Shown: one piece after another, positions 1 through 10,200 of the stretch
How the letters are laid out: each line of letters opens with the position of its first letter
Numbering within the stretch: position 1 is the first letter of the stretch
DNA from: an uncultured Candidatus Binatia bacterium
Lineage (GTDB): Bacteria > Desulfobacterota > Binatia > UBA9968 > JAJDTQ01
DNA length: 64,000 bases
NCBI GenBank assembly: GCA_965213675.1
Contig: OZ243916.1
Coordinates: 2,912,001-2,976,000 of the forward strand
Reading direction: 5' to 3'
Position numbers and translations under genes: made by a program
The notes under the pieces: generated by a model
Database searches by the model: none
The model's input: the letters and a program-made list of their open reading frames with translations, nothing else
What the model was told of the DNA's origin: nothing

Positions 1-96
1 TTCCCGCGAAAGCGGGAATCCAGGCGGGGTAAGGCGGGGAATGCACTCGTTTCGCCCCTCTCCCCACCCCTGGATTCCCGCTTTCGCGGGAATGAC
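1..96. repeat. REP-like palindromic element, family A (truncated by window start)
   Basis: TTCCCGCGAAAGCGGGAATCCAG ... CTGGATTCCCGCTTTCGCGGGAATGAC inverted pair; the same unit recurs across the window. Confidence 0.9.
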
Positions 97-301
97 GAAC
101 CGGGGGACGGAATGACGAACCGGGGGACGGAACGACGAACCGGGGGACGGAACGACGAACCGGGGGACGGAACGACGAACCGGGGGACGGAACGACGAAC
201 CGGGGGACGGAACGACGAACCGGGGGACGGAATGACGAACCGGGGGCGGAATGACGAACCGGGGGCGGAATGACGAACCGGGGGGCGGGAATGACGAACC
301 G
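91..301. repeat. Tandem repeat, ~20-bp unit AA(T/C)GACGAACCGGGGGACGG, about 10.5 copies
   Basis: Directly visible; last units are 19-21 bp; no unique spacers. Confidence 0.95.
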
Positions 302-313
302 GAAGGGCCGCCT

Positions 314-952
314 TTACGCCTTTCCGGCCAGCAGGCTCCGGGCGTTGTCGCGCAGGCGCCGCAACGCGTGGGGATCGTTGCTGTTGTAGTAGCCGCGGAT
401 CTCCCCGTCGCGGTCCACCAGCACGAAGCGCGAGCTGTGGAACACCACCGGGTCCGGGGTGGCGTCGTCCACCGGGGCGGCGCTCAGGCGGAAGCCGTCC
501 TGGACGATGCGGCGGATCTGCGCCACGTCGCCGGTGAGGAACAGCCAGCGGTCCGGGTGGGCTCCGTAGCGCTCCGCGTACGCGGACAGCAAAGCCGGGG
601 AATCGGTCAGCGGGTCCACGGTGATGGAAACCGAGCGGACATCGCCGTAGTCTTCCAGGTCGGCTTGCAGCGCGGCCATGGAACGGCTCTGCAGCGGGCA
701 GGTGTCCTGGCACTTGGTGTAGATGAAGTCGGCGATCCACACGCGGCCGCGCAGGTCCCCGGCGGATACGGGCCTGCCGCTGCGTTCCACCAGGGAGAAG
801 TCCGGCGCCGGACCGTAGCGCGCCAGTTCCTCCAGGGCGGGTTGCCGGGGCATCGTCCGAGGCGTGCGGAGTTGCTGGACGACGAGCCCCGCGAGGATGA
901 CGAACAGCACCGATCCGACGGTCACCTGGATGGCGAAGCGTCGTTGCGTCAT
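314..952 (-). CDS. SCO1/SenC family copper chaperone
   Basis: N-terminal TM anchor, FIYTKCQDTCP (CxxxC), SITVDP, conserved His in VFHSSRFVLVD; ATG at 952 has GAGG upstream (GTG 976 is an alternative). Confidence 0.9.
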   Translation of the reverse strand: MTQRRFAIQVTVGSVLFVILAGLVVQQLRTPRTMPRQPALEELARYGPAPDFSLVERSGRPVSAGDLRGRVWIADFIYTKCQDTCPLQSRSMAALQADLEDYGDVRSVSITVDPLTDSPALLSAYAERYGAHPDRWLFLTGDVAQIRRIVQDGFRLSAAPVDDATPDPVVFHSSRFVLVDRDGEIRGYYNSNDPHALRRLRDNARSLLAGKA

Positions 953-1143
953 GGTGTAGGCCTCATCCCGCACCACGGCCGGCTGGCATGGCCGGGGGCT
1001 GCTTGCATACCTGTCTGACCCTCAGCGTCGTGCCGATCCAAAGGACCGCGGTCCTGATGCCCGCGCGCACGCGACGGCCGGCCGGACGCGGTGCGCCGCA
1101 GGACCCATGCGAAACCGCAGAGCCTGTTCCGCGGTCACGAGGG

Positions 1144-2604
1144 CTAACCGGGCGGAATCTTCTGGAGCAGCCGGCCATCTTCGTATAGCTCGTAGCCCTT
1201 GATGAGCAGTTCGTAGCCGCGCCCGGGATGATCGCTCAAGTCGAGCAGTTCCAGATCCAGCACCACCACCGTCGTCACACCCGGCTTCACGTCGAACCCG
1301 AGGCGGATCGGCTTCACGGCGTTCTTGACCTGGCCCGGCGCTCCGGTTTTCGCAAGAATGCCACGGATTTCAGCCAACTGCAGGTCGACGGCCGCGAAAC
1401 GGCGCGGCGCCAGCGCTCCCCGGTACACCGTGGCGGCGGCCTTCCCGTCCTTGTAACGGGTCAGTTCCATGCGGTCCAATCGGGGCGCCAGTTCGATCCA
1501 TCCCGGATCGGAGGAGCGCAGGCGCCCATGGGGCGCCAGCCGCAGCTTCCCCAGGCGCAAATCCACGCTGCGGAAGTCGTCGATGGCGTTGCGGTGGTCC
1601 TTGACCCGCACCTCCAGGGTCCCCCGCGCCTGCGCCTGGACCCGTGCCCGCGCGGGTGTCCCGCCGTTCTCGCCGGGGAACCTGTCCATCGGGTAGAACT
1701 GGTAGGTCACGTGGAACGCGCCGTGCTCGCCCGGCGTGTCGTAGTCCACGCGGAACACGAGCGGAAGTTCCTTCTCCTGGCCGGGTTCAAGGACCTGCCG
1801 CAGAAAGCAGAAACACTGGATGATGTCCAGGTACCTGGCGGCCGCTTCCCTGGGCGTGTCCACGTGGCGCGCCTTGGCGGTGACGGTCCGGTCCGACAGG
1901 TTGCGCGCGCGGTAGGCGGCGTGCAGGGTTTCCCCCGGCTGCGCCAGCACCATCTCCTGCACCGGCTCGAAGGCCCACGGAAGCCCTTCCTTGACCTCGG
2001 CGTGGAAGAACACCCGCACCGCGTCGCTCCAGTTGCGGAACACCGTCCAACGGCCGTCCTCCTTCAGAAGCTCCAGCGATTCTTCCCCGCTGACCACCGG
2101 CAAGCTGCCGGTGCGCGCCATTTCGGCCACCGCATCGAGGATCTGCCGGCGCTGCTCCAGCGTCAGCCGGTTCAGCTCGTCGGGGTCGAACCCGGCCAGG
2201 AGCTTGTTCAGTTCGGGAGAATTGGCGTCCGGGAGGCGGATGTCGAAACGGACCGTGGCGCTGTCGCCGCGGGTGGTGAACGTAAGGGGTCCCACCTCGA
2301 TCCGCTGCGCCAGACCGCGGGCCAGTTCCGCGGCCGCGCCGGTAAAGGAGGGGTTTTCGCGCAGGTAGTCCGCCGCGCTCTTGGCCGCCTTGTCGTGCTC
2401 CGAGACGTACCGGTAAGCCTCGGCGTAGTCCTGGGCGTACACCGCCTTGAGATAGCGCGACACCAGGTCGCGCGCTGCTTCGGCGTCCGCCTGAGCCGCG
2501 GCCGTGCCTACCCAGAGCAAGACAGCGATGGCCGCCGCGGCCAACCGGCCAACCTGGGTCCGGGGACATATCTTGTACTGATTGAAGTTCATAACCGCCT
2601 TCAC
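1144..2604 (-). CDS. Exported multidomain protein with a central CtaG/Cox11 copper-chaperone domain and a C-terminal DUF4382-like domain
   Basis: Signal peptide ending AAA-Q; QPGETLHAAYRARNLS...IIQCFCFLRQVLEPGQEKELPLVFRVD matches the Cox11 CFCF motif; start codon and flanking domain identities uncertain. Confidence 0.75.
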   Translation of the reverse strand: MKAVMNFNQYKICPRTQVGRLAAAAIAVLLWVGTAAAQADAEAARDLVSRYLKAVYAQDYAEAYRYVSEHDKAAKSAADYLRENPSFTGAAAELARGLAQRIEVGPLTFTTRGDSATVRFDIRLPDANSPELNKLLAGFDPDELNRLTLEQRRQILDAVAEMARTGSLPVVSGEESLELLKEDGRWTVFRNWSDAVRVFFHAEVKEGLPWAFEPVQEMVLAQPGETLHAAYRARNLSDRTVTAKARHVDTPREAAARYLDIIQCFCFLRQVLEPGQEKELPLVFRVDYDTPGEHGAFHVTYQFYPMDRFPGENGGTPARARVQAQARGTLEVRVKDHRNAIDDFRSVDLRLGKLRLAPHGRLRSSDPGWIELAPRLDRMELTRYKDGKAAATVYRGALAPRRFAAVDLQLAEIRGILAKTGAPGQVKNAVKPIRLGFDVKPGVTTVVVLDLELLDLSDHPGRGYELLIKGYELYEDGRLLQKIPPG

Positions 2605-2714
2605 GAACCAGTCTACAATTAAAGCATGATCCGGCGCCGAGTGCTGCCCCGGGACGTCTTTCCGCGGCGGAAGTCGTGCCGAGACTACGCTGGGTTACAA
2701 GATGGCCCCGACGC

Positions 2715-2829
2715 CACGAGTCGTCATTCCCGCGGAAGCGGGAATCCAGGGGCGGTGGTGGGGCACTACAGGGGCGTTTCCCGCCTCGCCACCCCTGGAT
2801 TCCCGCTTCCGCGGGAATGACGACTCGTG
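2715..2829. repeat. REP-like palindromic element, family A
   Basis: CACGAGTCGTCATTCCCGCGGAAGCGGGAATCCAGGGG ... CCCCTGGATTCCCGCTTCCGCGGGAATGACGACTCGTG. Confidence 0.9.
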
Positions 2830-2937
2830 CGGGCTCTGCTTCATCAGTCTTGACACGGCCTGTTTCGCGGGGATGACGTTTCGTGGTGTCCCTGCCTCAC
2901 GAGTCGTGGCCCGGGCTCGCAGGGCCAAGCCGGGCTC

Positions 2938-3759
2938 CTACCGGCTCCCCCGCAGCCAGCGCCGCCCTCCGACCATGAAGAAGACCAGCGCGAAGGTCAG
3001 CACGATCATGGCGCCGGAGGAGATGTCGATGAAGTAGCTCAGGTACATGCCCGCCGCGGCGCAGAGCGCGCCGATGACCGGGGTGATGAGGAGCAGGGTC
3101 TGGAACCGCTGGGTCAGGTAGCGCCCGATGACGGGCGGGATCACGACCGCCGCCGAAACCAGGGTGACGCCCAGGATGCGCGTGGACGCTACCACGGTCA
3201 CCGCCAGCAACAGGAGGAAGATCAACTCGGTGCGCCCGGTGGAGATGCCGTAGACCGGCGCCACCTCCGGGTCGAAGGTGGAGAACAGGAGTTCGTGGCG
3301 GATGACGATCATGACCAACGCCACCGCGGCGGAGGTGAGGGCGATGACCCAGAGGTCGGTGGCGGTGATGCCCAGGAGGTTGCCGAACAGCGCGGCCTCG
3401 AAGTCCAGCGTGAAGCGCCGGTAGGTGGACACCACCGCCACGCCCAAGGCGAAGCTCGAGGTGGTGACCACGCCGATGGCGGCGTCCGCGCCCACCAGGC
3501 GGCGGTGGCTGATGAGGTGGATCAACACCGCGCTGACCAGCGCCCAGACGCCGGCGCCGATGAAGAAATGGACTCCGACGACGGTACTCAGCACCGCGCC
3601 GCCGAAGAGCGCATGGGCGAGCCCGTGGCCGATGTAGCTCATGCGCCGGAGCACCACGTAGACCCCGACGTAGCCGCACACCGCCCCGACGATGACCGAG
3701 GCGATCATGCCGTTGCGGAAGAACTCGTAGGCGAAGGGTTCGAGGAGCGCGTTCACCAC
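2938..3759 (-). CDS. Zn/Mn ABC transporter permease (ABC-3, ZnuB/MntB family)
   Basis: GVYVVLRRMSYIGHGLAHALFGG, DAAIGVV, LFGNLLGI, FDPEVA; multiple TM helices. Confidence 0.93.
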   Translation of the reverse strand: MVNALLEPFAYEFFRNGMIASVIVGAVCGYVGVYVVLRRMSYIGHGLAHALFGGAVLSTVVGVHFFIGAGVWALVSAVLIHLISHRRLVGADAAIGVVTTSSFALGVAVVSTYRRFTLDFEAALFGNLLGITATDLWVIALTSAAVALVMIVIRHELLFSTFDPEVAPVYGISTGRTELIFLLLLAVTVVASTRILGVTLVSAAVVIPPVIGRYLTQRFQTLLLITPVIGALCAAAGMYLSYFIDISSGAMIVLTFALVFFMVGGRRWLRGSR

Positions 3760-3864
3760 CCGCCCTTGCGGCCGCGGCGGAAGCCCGCCGGCGCGCGCTT
3801 GGAGAACAACGGCCGGCGCGCCGGCCGCCGGTCGAGACGCTTCAGCGAAGAACCCATGGAGGTG

Positions 3865-4737
3865 TCAGCGCCCGTTGGGAGAGTGGGGCCGCTCGCCCAC
3901 CATGATCATGTCGCCGTGCTGGAACACCACCATCTCCCCCTTGTAGGTGTCCCCGAGGACTTCCGCGGTGAAGACCTCCTGCGGGTCGCCTTCGGCGATG
4001 ACGCGGCGGTTGAGGCACACCACCCAAGGCAGGTGCGCGGCCACCCAGTTGAGGTCGTGGCTGGTGATGAGGATGGCGACGCCCGAGTGGTTGATCTCGT
4101 GCAGGAAATGCACCACCTCGTCGCGCGAGCGGATGTCCAGGCCCGAGGTGGGCTCATCCAGCAGGATCAGCTCCGGCCCGCCCAGCAGCGCCCGGGCGAT
4201 GAACGCCGCCTGCTGCTGCCCGCCGGAAAGCTCGCGAATTTGCCGCTGGCGCAGTTCCAGCAGGTTCAGTCGCTCGAGGATCTCGTGCGCGCGGTCGCGC
4301 TCCCCGGCGCTGGCGCCGCGGAACCAGCGCCGTTGCCGGGACAGGCCCAGGAGCACCACCTCCTCCACCGTGATGGGAAAGCTCAGGTCGACCTGCTCCA
4401 GTTGCGGCACATAGCCCACGGACCCCAGGGACGAGGCGTTGGCCGGCGTCCCGTTGACGGTCACCTGGCCGTGACGGGGCCGGACGTGTCCCAGTATGGT
4501 GCGCAGGAGCGTCGTCTTGCCGCCGCCGTTGGGCCCCACCACCGCCAGGAACTGCGCCGGCCACAGCTTCAGGTTCACGCCGGCGATGCCCAGCGTCTGC
4601 CGGTAGCCGCTGGACACGTCCTCCAGTTCCACGATGGGCCGCCCCCGCTCGCTCCACTCGCGCCCCTCCCCGTGCCGGCGCCGGTGCAGCCGGCCATGCA
4701 CGTGATGGACCCTGTCGGTGTGCTTTTTGGTGATCAC
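3865..4737 (-). CDS. Zn/Mn ABC transporter ATP-binding protein with His-rich N-terminus
   Basis: GPNGGGKTT, YVPQ, LSGGQQQ, LLDEPTSGLD, SHDL; true start inferred at GTG 4737 inside the 3865..5721 ORF. Confidence 0.9.
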   Translation of the reverse strand: MITKKHTDRVHHVHGRLHRRRHGEGREWSERGRPIVELEDVSSGYRQTLGIAGVNLKLWPAQFLAVVGPNGGGKTTLLRTILGHVRPRHGQVTVNGTPANASSLGSVGYVPQLEQVDLSFPITVEEVVLLGLSRQRRWFRGASAGERDRAHEILERLNLLELRQRQIRELSGGQQQAAFIARALLGGPELILLDEPTSGLDIRSRDEVVHFLHEINHSGVAILITSHDLNWVAAHLPWVVCLNRRVIAEGDPQEVFTAEVLGDTYKGEMVVFQHGDMIMVGERPHSPNGR

Positions 4738-4819
4738 TGCTTCTCGGCCTGTCCAAGGCTTCGGGAGTTTGCTTCCTGCGGGCGCCGACATTCCACCGCC
4801 GTTCGATCCCAGCGTTCCG

Positions 4820-4856
4820 CCGTCATTCGTCCTGAGCGTAGCGCAGCGAAGTCGAG
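4820..4856. repeat. Partial interspersed palindrome, family B
   Basis: TTCGTCCTGAGCGTAGCGCAGCGAAGTCGA resembles the reverse complement of the copies at 19205 and 43415. Confidence 0.6.
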
Positions 4857-4880
4857 GCACGCAATTTCCGGAAACACCCC

Positions 4881-5912
4881 TCAAATCCTGTACAGCCGCT
4901 TGGGATTTTCCGACAAGATCCTGCGCTTCGATTCCGCCGAGACGTCCTCGCGGGCGAAAAAGGCGGGCAGGTCGCCGAAGAAGTCGGCGCGCCGGCGCTC
5001 GTGAGGGTAGTCCGACGGCCACACCAGCTTCTCGTCGCCCAGGAGCTGGATGAAGAAGGGCAGGGTCCGCTCCTCGATTTCGAAGGAGAAGTAGATGTTG
5101 GAGTCCATCAGATACTCGCTGGGTTTGCGCTTGAGGTCGCCGGCCCCCTTGCGCTCGAATTGCTCGTCGAGCACGTCCATGAGGTAGGGCACCCAGCCGC
5201 AGCCGGCCTCCAGGTACGCCACCCGCAGGTTCGGGTAGCGGTCGAACACGCCCTGGGAGATCATGCTGGTGGCGTGGCTCATGAGCGGCACCACGTGCTT
5301 GAGGGAGCGGACTTCCCGGTAGGTGCGCAGCGGATCGGCGAAGTTGTGCGCGCCCACGAAGCCGCCGTGGATCGCCACCATGGTGTCCATCTCGTTGGCG
5401 GTGGCGAAGATGGGGTCGAACTCGGGGTTGCCGTAGGCCATCAGCGGCGACGAGATGGACGGCAGGATGGCGCCCACGAAGCCCAACTCGCCGACGCAAC
5501 GGTGCAGTTCGGTGACGCAGGCGCCGACGTCGTGCACCGGCAGCAACGCGACCCCCAGCAGGCGCTCGCTCTGGCGCAGGAACTTGTCGTGCAGCCAGTC
5601 GTTGTACGCCCGCGCCAGGTCCACCGACCACTCCACCCGGCGCACCATGCCCACGGCCGCGGCGTTGCTGGGGTAGAGCACGGTGGCGCTGATGCCGGCC
5701 TCGTCCAGAAAGCTCAGCCACATGGCCGCGTCCGGCACGTCCTGCTTGTGCGGGTCCACCACCCCGAAAGCCCAGGCATCCTGGGGGAACAGCGAGTACT
5801 CGCGGTTCCCCGGAATGCGCCGGAACCGCTCCGGCAGGTACTGGGCCATCTCCTTGTCCGGCTCCACCACATGGCCGTCGCCGTCGATAATCGGGTAGTC
5901 CACGTTGATCAT
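4881..5912 (-). CDS. Amidohydrolase family 2 protein (LigW/ACMSD-like)
   Basis: IIDGDGHVVEP, ARAYNDWL, VAIHGG, LEAGCGWVP, WPSDYPH, ILSENPKRLY; ATG 5912 with AAAGGAAG upstream. Confidence 0.9.
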   Translation of the reverse strand: MINVDYPIIDGDGHVVEPDKEMAQYLPERFRRIPGNREYSLFPQDAWAFGVVDPHKQDVPDAAMWLSFLDEAGISATVLYPSNAAAVGMVRRVEWSVDLARAYNDWLHDKFLRQSERLLGVALLPVHDVGACVTELHRCVGELGFVGAILPSISSPLMAYGNPEFDPIFATANEMDTMVAIHGGFVGAHNFADPLRTYREVRSLKHVVPLMSHATSMISQGVFDRYPNLRVAYLEAGCGWVPYLMDVLDEQFERKGAGDLKRKPSEYLMDSNIYFSFEIEERTLPFFIQLLGDEKLVWPSDYPHERRRADFFGDLPAFFAREDVSAESKRRILSENPKRLYRI

Positions 5913-5959
5913 GGGGTGTCTTCCTTTCCGGTTCGGAACGCTCTGGAGGCCGTCTCTCT

Positions 5960-6937
5960 CTACCGGTATTTCGCCTGATGCCCCGCCACCGGCGACGGGT
6001 CCACCGCGTCGAGGGCGCCGGCGGAGCCGCCCAGGGCGGTGACGATGGCGCGGACGTTGGCCAGCATCATGCCGGTGTACGAATGTGCCGGGTCGCCGGG
6101 GTCGCCGGGGAGGTCGTCGTCCCGCAGGTCGGCGACAAATTGCGTCCCCGTTTCCCGGGCGATCTGCCGGAGCACGGGGCTGGGGAAGACCTCGGAGCCG
6201 AACACCGCGGGTACCCGCTCGCGGTTCAAATGGTCGATGAGCCGGGCCACCTCCCGGGGGCTTGGCTCGGCGAAGCTCGAGGGTTGCACCGCGCCCATGA
6301 CCGTGAAGCCGTAGCGCTGGGCGAAGTAGGGCCACGAATCGTGGTAGGTGAGGAGGCGGCGGTTTGGCTCCGGCACGGTGGCCGCGGCCGCGGCGATGGC
6401 CTTGTGGAGCGCATGGAGCCGGCGCAGGTAGCGTTCCGCGTTGGCCGCGTACACCGCGCGGCCCGCGGGGTCGGCCGCAATCAGGGCGTCGCGCACCAGG
6501 CGGGCGTAGTTCATGACGTGCACCGGGTCGAGCCACAGGTGCGGGTTGGGATGGCCCTTGTCCCTGGGGAAGCTGAAGTCGAAAACGTAGTCCTGTTCGG
6601 CCAGGGTGCGGTCGGCCAGCATCAGGATGGGCGTTTCCGCCCGCTTGTTGGCCCGCGCCAGCTTCAGCGTGGGTATCTCCAGGTTCAAGCCGTTCAGGAT
6701 GATGAGGTCCGCTCGCGCCAGGGTGCGGGCGTCGGACGGCACCGGCCGGAACGTGTGGGAGTTCACCCCCTCCGGGACGACGCCGGTGACCTGCGCACGA
6801 TCCCCGGCGACGTTCTCCACGATGCTGGTGATGGGCGCCACGGTGGTGACCACGCGCGGGGAGGCGGCGGAGAGCGCGGCGGGAAGCGCCAGGAGAACGG
6901 CGATGAGCAGCGCGGGGAACGCGCCTCTCCTCGCCAT
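5960..6937 (-). CDS. Zn/Mn ABC transporter substrate-binding protein (cluster A-I)
   Basis: Signal peptide, GVNSHTF, NGLNLE, PNPHLWLDP, TYHDSWPYF; the frame stays open upstream to 7234 through repeats, so the start is uncertain. Confidence 0.9.
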   Translation of the reverse strand: MARRGAFPALLIAVLLALPAALSAASPRVVTTVAPITSIVENVAGDRAQVTGVVPEGVNSHTFRPVPSDARTLARADLIILNGLNLEIPTLKLARANKRAETPILMLADRTLAEQDYVFDFSFPRDKGHPNPHLWLDPVHVMNYARLVRDALIAADPAGRAVYAANAERYLRRLHALHKAIAAAAATVPEPNRRLLTYHDSWPYFAQRYGFTVMGAVQPSSFAEPSPREVARLIDHLNRERVPAVFGSEVFPSPVLRQIARETGTQFVADLRDDDLPGDPGDPAHSYTGMMLANVRAIVTALGGSAGALDAVDPSPVAGHQAKYR

Positions 6938-6954
6938 TCCCGGCCCCACTGCCA

Positions 6955-7173
6955 TCATTCCCGCGAAAGCGGCTGTGGCAAAACGTGGCCCGGACGAGAA
7001 CCGGCGCCAGCCCCCCGATTCGTCATTCCCGCGGAAGCCCCTCCTTCTTGTTGTTTCCAGCCCCTTTTCCGTCATTCCCGCGAAAGCGGGAATCCAGGGG
7101 TGGGAAGGCGGGGGGCCGTTGCCGAGTCGTCCCCGCCCCACGCCGCCTGGATTCCCGCTTTCGCGGGAATGAC
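6955..7173. repeat. Cluster of family A REP-like elements
   Basis: Full inverted pair at ~7071-7173 plus partial CATTCCCGCG copies at ~6955 and ~7022. Confidence 0.85.
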
Positions 7174-7235
7174 GGAAAAGGGGCCGGGAATGGCGAAGGA
7201 ACGCCATGATGGAGTGAATCAGAGACACAATCAAC

Positions 7236-10200
7236 CTATCCTCCCGCCGCCCGCGCCCGTTCGGCGGCGCTCACAAGCTGGGTCATGACGAGGTTGGCGT
7301 AGAGGCCGCCCCCGCGCAGCAGGTCATCGTGGGCGCCCTGCTCGGCGATGGCGCCGGAGTCCATCACGACGATGCGGTCGGCGTCGCGGATGGTGGACAG
7401 GCGGTGGGCGATGACCAGGGTGGTGCGTCCCTGCACCAGCTCGGCCAGCGCCTGCTGGATCAGTTCTTCGTTGATGGCGTCGAGATGGGAGGTGGCCTCG
7501 TCCAGCACCAGCACGGGGGCGTCCTTGAGCAGGGCGCGGGCGATGGCGATGCGCTGACGCTGGCCGCCGGAGAGTTGCACGCCGCGTTCGCCCACCACCG
7601 TGTCGTAGCCCTCGGGCAGGCGCGTGATGAAGTTGTGGATGTGGGCCAGGGCCGCGGCCGCTTCCATGTCTTCCCGGGAGGCCTCGGGGCGGCCCAGGCA
7701 GAGGTTCTCGCCCAGCGTGGTGTTGAAGAGATAGGTGTCCTGGGAAACCAGGGAGATCTGCGCCCGCAGATGGTCCAGGGCGAACTCCCGCAGGTCCCGG
7801 CCCGCCAGCGTCACCGCGCCCCCGGCCGGGTCCCAGAAGCGCAGCAGCAGGTGCGCGCAGGTGCTTTTGCCCGCCCCCGACGGCCCCACCAGCGCCACGG
7901 TCTGGCCCGGCTCCACGTCCAGACACACGTCCCGCAGCGCGAGGCCGTGGCCGGCGTCGTAGCCGAAGTTCACGTGGTCGAAGCGAATGGCCGGCGGCGC
8001 GTGACCGTTGGCCGCAGGCGCTTGCGCCCCGGCGCCATCCCGGTCCCGTGGCGATACTCCGGTCCCATCCAGCACGGGCACGCCGGCGCCGTCCCGCACC
8101 GGCACCGGCTCGTCCTTCACCGCGAATACGCGCCGCCCGGACTCCAGTGTCTCCATCAGCTCCTTGAAGGTGCGCGCAACGTCGGTGATGGGGCCGAAGG
8201 CCAGGAGCGCCAGCACGCTGGCCAGCGGCAGGAGCGCGCGTTCCATCTGGAGCTGGCCCACCAGGTACACGCCGGTGCCCAGCACCGCCAGGGCGCCGAT
8301 GCCGGTCACCGCCTCGTTGAGGCTCGCCTGCACCGCCTGGTCCCGGTGGAACGCGAGCTGCGTCCGCGCGAGCTTCAGGCTCCGGGCCAGCACCGAGGCG
8401 AGCTGGCGCTTCTCGTGCCCGAAGGCGACCACCTCGCGCATGCCCTGGATGCTGTCCACCAGGTGGGCGTTGAGCTGGCCCAGCTCCCGGCGCACCGCTC
8501 CCCCCAGCCGGTCCGAGCGCTTCTGCGCCAGGAACGGCGACAGCGCCAGCAGCGCCAGGAAGGGCGCCAGCGCCAGCATCAGCGGCCACGCTACCAGGCC
8601 CAGCACGGTGAGAATGCCCACCGGCACCACCACGGCGATGAAGGCCGGGGAGATGGTGTGGGCGAAGAACAGCTCCACGGTCTCCACATCGCCGCCGGCG
8701 ATGCTCACCAAGTCGCCGGAGCGGCGGCGGGAGAGGTAGGCCGGGGCCAGCGGGTCCAGGGTGTCGTAGAAGTCGATGCGCATTTCGGCCAGAAGCTGGT
8801 AGGCGAGGTCATGGGGCAGCCAGCAGTCGGCCCACGCCAGGGCCGACGCCAGGGTCACCACCGTCCCCAGCACGATCAGGTGCCACATGATGCTGTCGCC
8901 CGAGATGAGCTGCCCCACCAGAAGCGCGCTGGCCGCGCCCGCGGCCACCACCGACGCCTGGAACAGCACTCCGGCCGAGAACGACACCGCCACCTTGTGC
9001 AGGAACGGGCGCACGAGCGCGCCCAGGCGGCGCAGCACGGTGAAGGCGGAAAGCGGCGCCACGGCGCGCGTGGACCCGGCCACGGGGGCCGCCGCGGGTT
9101 CGGCCGCCACCACGTCCGGTTCCTCGGCGGGCGCCTCCAACTTCTCCAGCGCCTCGCCGTCGCCCGCATGGGCCTGGGCCGCCATGAGCCGGGCGTAGGT
9201 GCCGCCGCCCGCCAAGAGTTCGGCGTGGCCGCCGGTCTCCGCTACCTGCCCGCGCTCCAGCACCAGGATGCGGTCGGCGTGGATGACGCTCGACAGGCGG
9301 TGCGCGATGATCAGCGTGGTGCGCCCCTCCATGAGCTTCTGCAGCGCTTCGTTGATCACCGCTTCGCTCTGGGCGTCCACGCTGGACAGGGCCTCGTCGA
9401 GCACCAGGATGGGCGCGTCCTTGAGGATCGCCCGGGCGATGGCGATGCGCTGGCGTTCGCCACCGGACAGGCGCGCGCCGCGCTCCCCCACCACGGTGTC
9501 GTATCCCTGTGGCAGCCCGGCGATGAAGTCGTGGATGTTGGCCGCCCGCGCCGCCGCCTCGATCTCTTCCCGCGTCGCCTCGGGCCGGGCCATGCGCAGG
9601 TTGTCGGCGATGGTGCCGTAGAACAGGTACATGTCCTGGGCCACCACCGCGATGTGGCGGCGCAGCACGCGCAGCGGAATGCCGCGGATGTCCCGCCCGC
9701 CCAGGAGCACGCGGCCCTCTTGCGGGTCGCCAAAGCGCAGCAGCAGGTTCACCAGGGTGGACTTCCCGGCGCCGCTGGGACCCACTACGCCGAGCTTCTC
9801 GCCGTGGCGGAGTTCGAACGAGACGCCCCGAAGCGCGGGCCGTGCGCCATCCCGGTACGCGAAGTTCACGTCCTCGAAACGGACCGCGGGCGTGAACGCC
9901 GTTTCGGTGGCGGGCGCGGGCTCGCGCACCGTCACCGGCGCCTCCAGCAGCTTGAAAATGCCCGCGGCCGAGGCCATGGCGTCGATGCCCTGGTGGTACA
10001 GGATCATCAGTTCGCGTGTGGGGCGGAAGATCTCCGCGCCCATGAGCAGGATGACGATGAGCGAGCGCAGCTCCAGCTCCCCGGCGCTCACTTTGAGGGC
10101 GCCCCAGCCCAGGGCGCAGGCGGTGCCACCCAAAATCCCGAAGGTAGTGATGCCCACCGACACCATGTTCACGGCCAGCACTCCCATGGTGGTGCGGTAG

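Noticed and set aside
91-301. Possible CRISPR array
   Set aside because: Units are contiguous near-identical 20-mers with no unique spacers, and there are no cas genes in the window.
2626-2928. Short ORFs containing RHSRGSGNP / WIPASAGMT / SSFPRKRES peptides (also near 7000, 14300, 53750, 59950)
   Set aside because: These are translations of the family A palindromic repeat, not genes.
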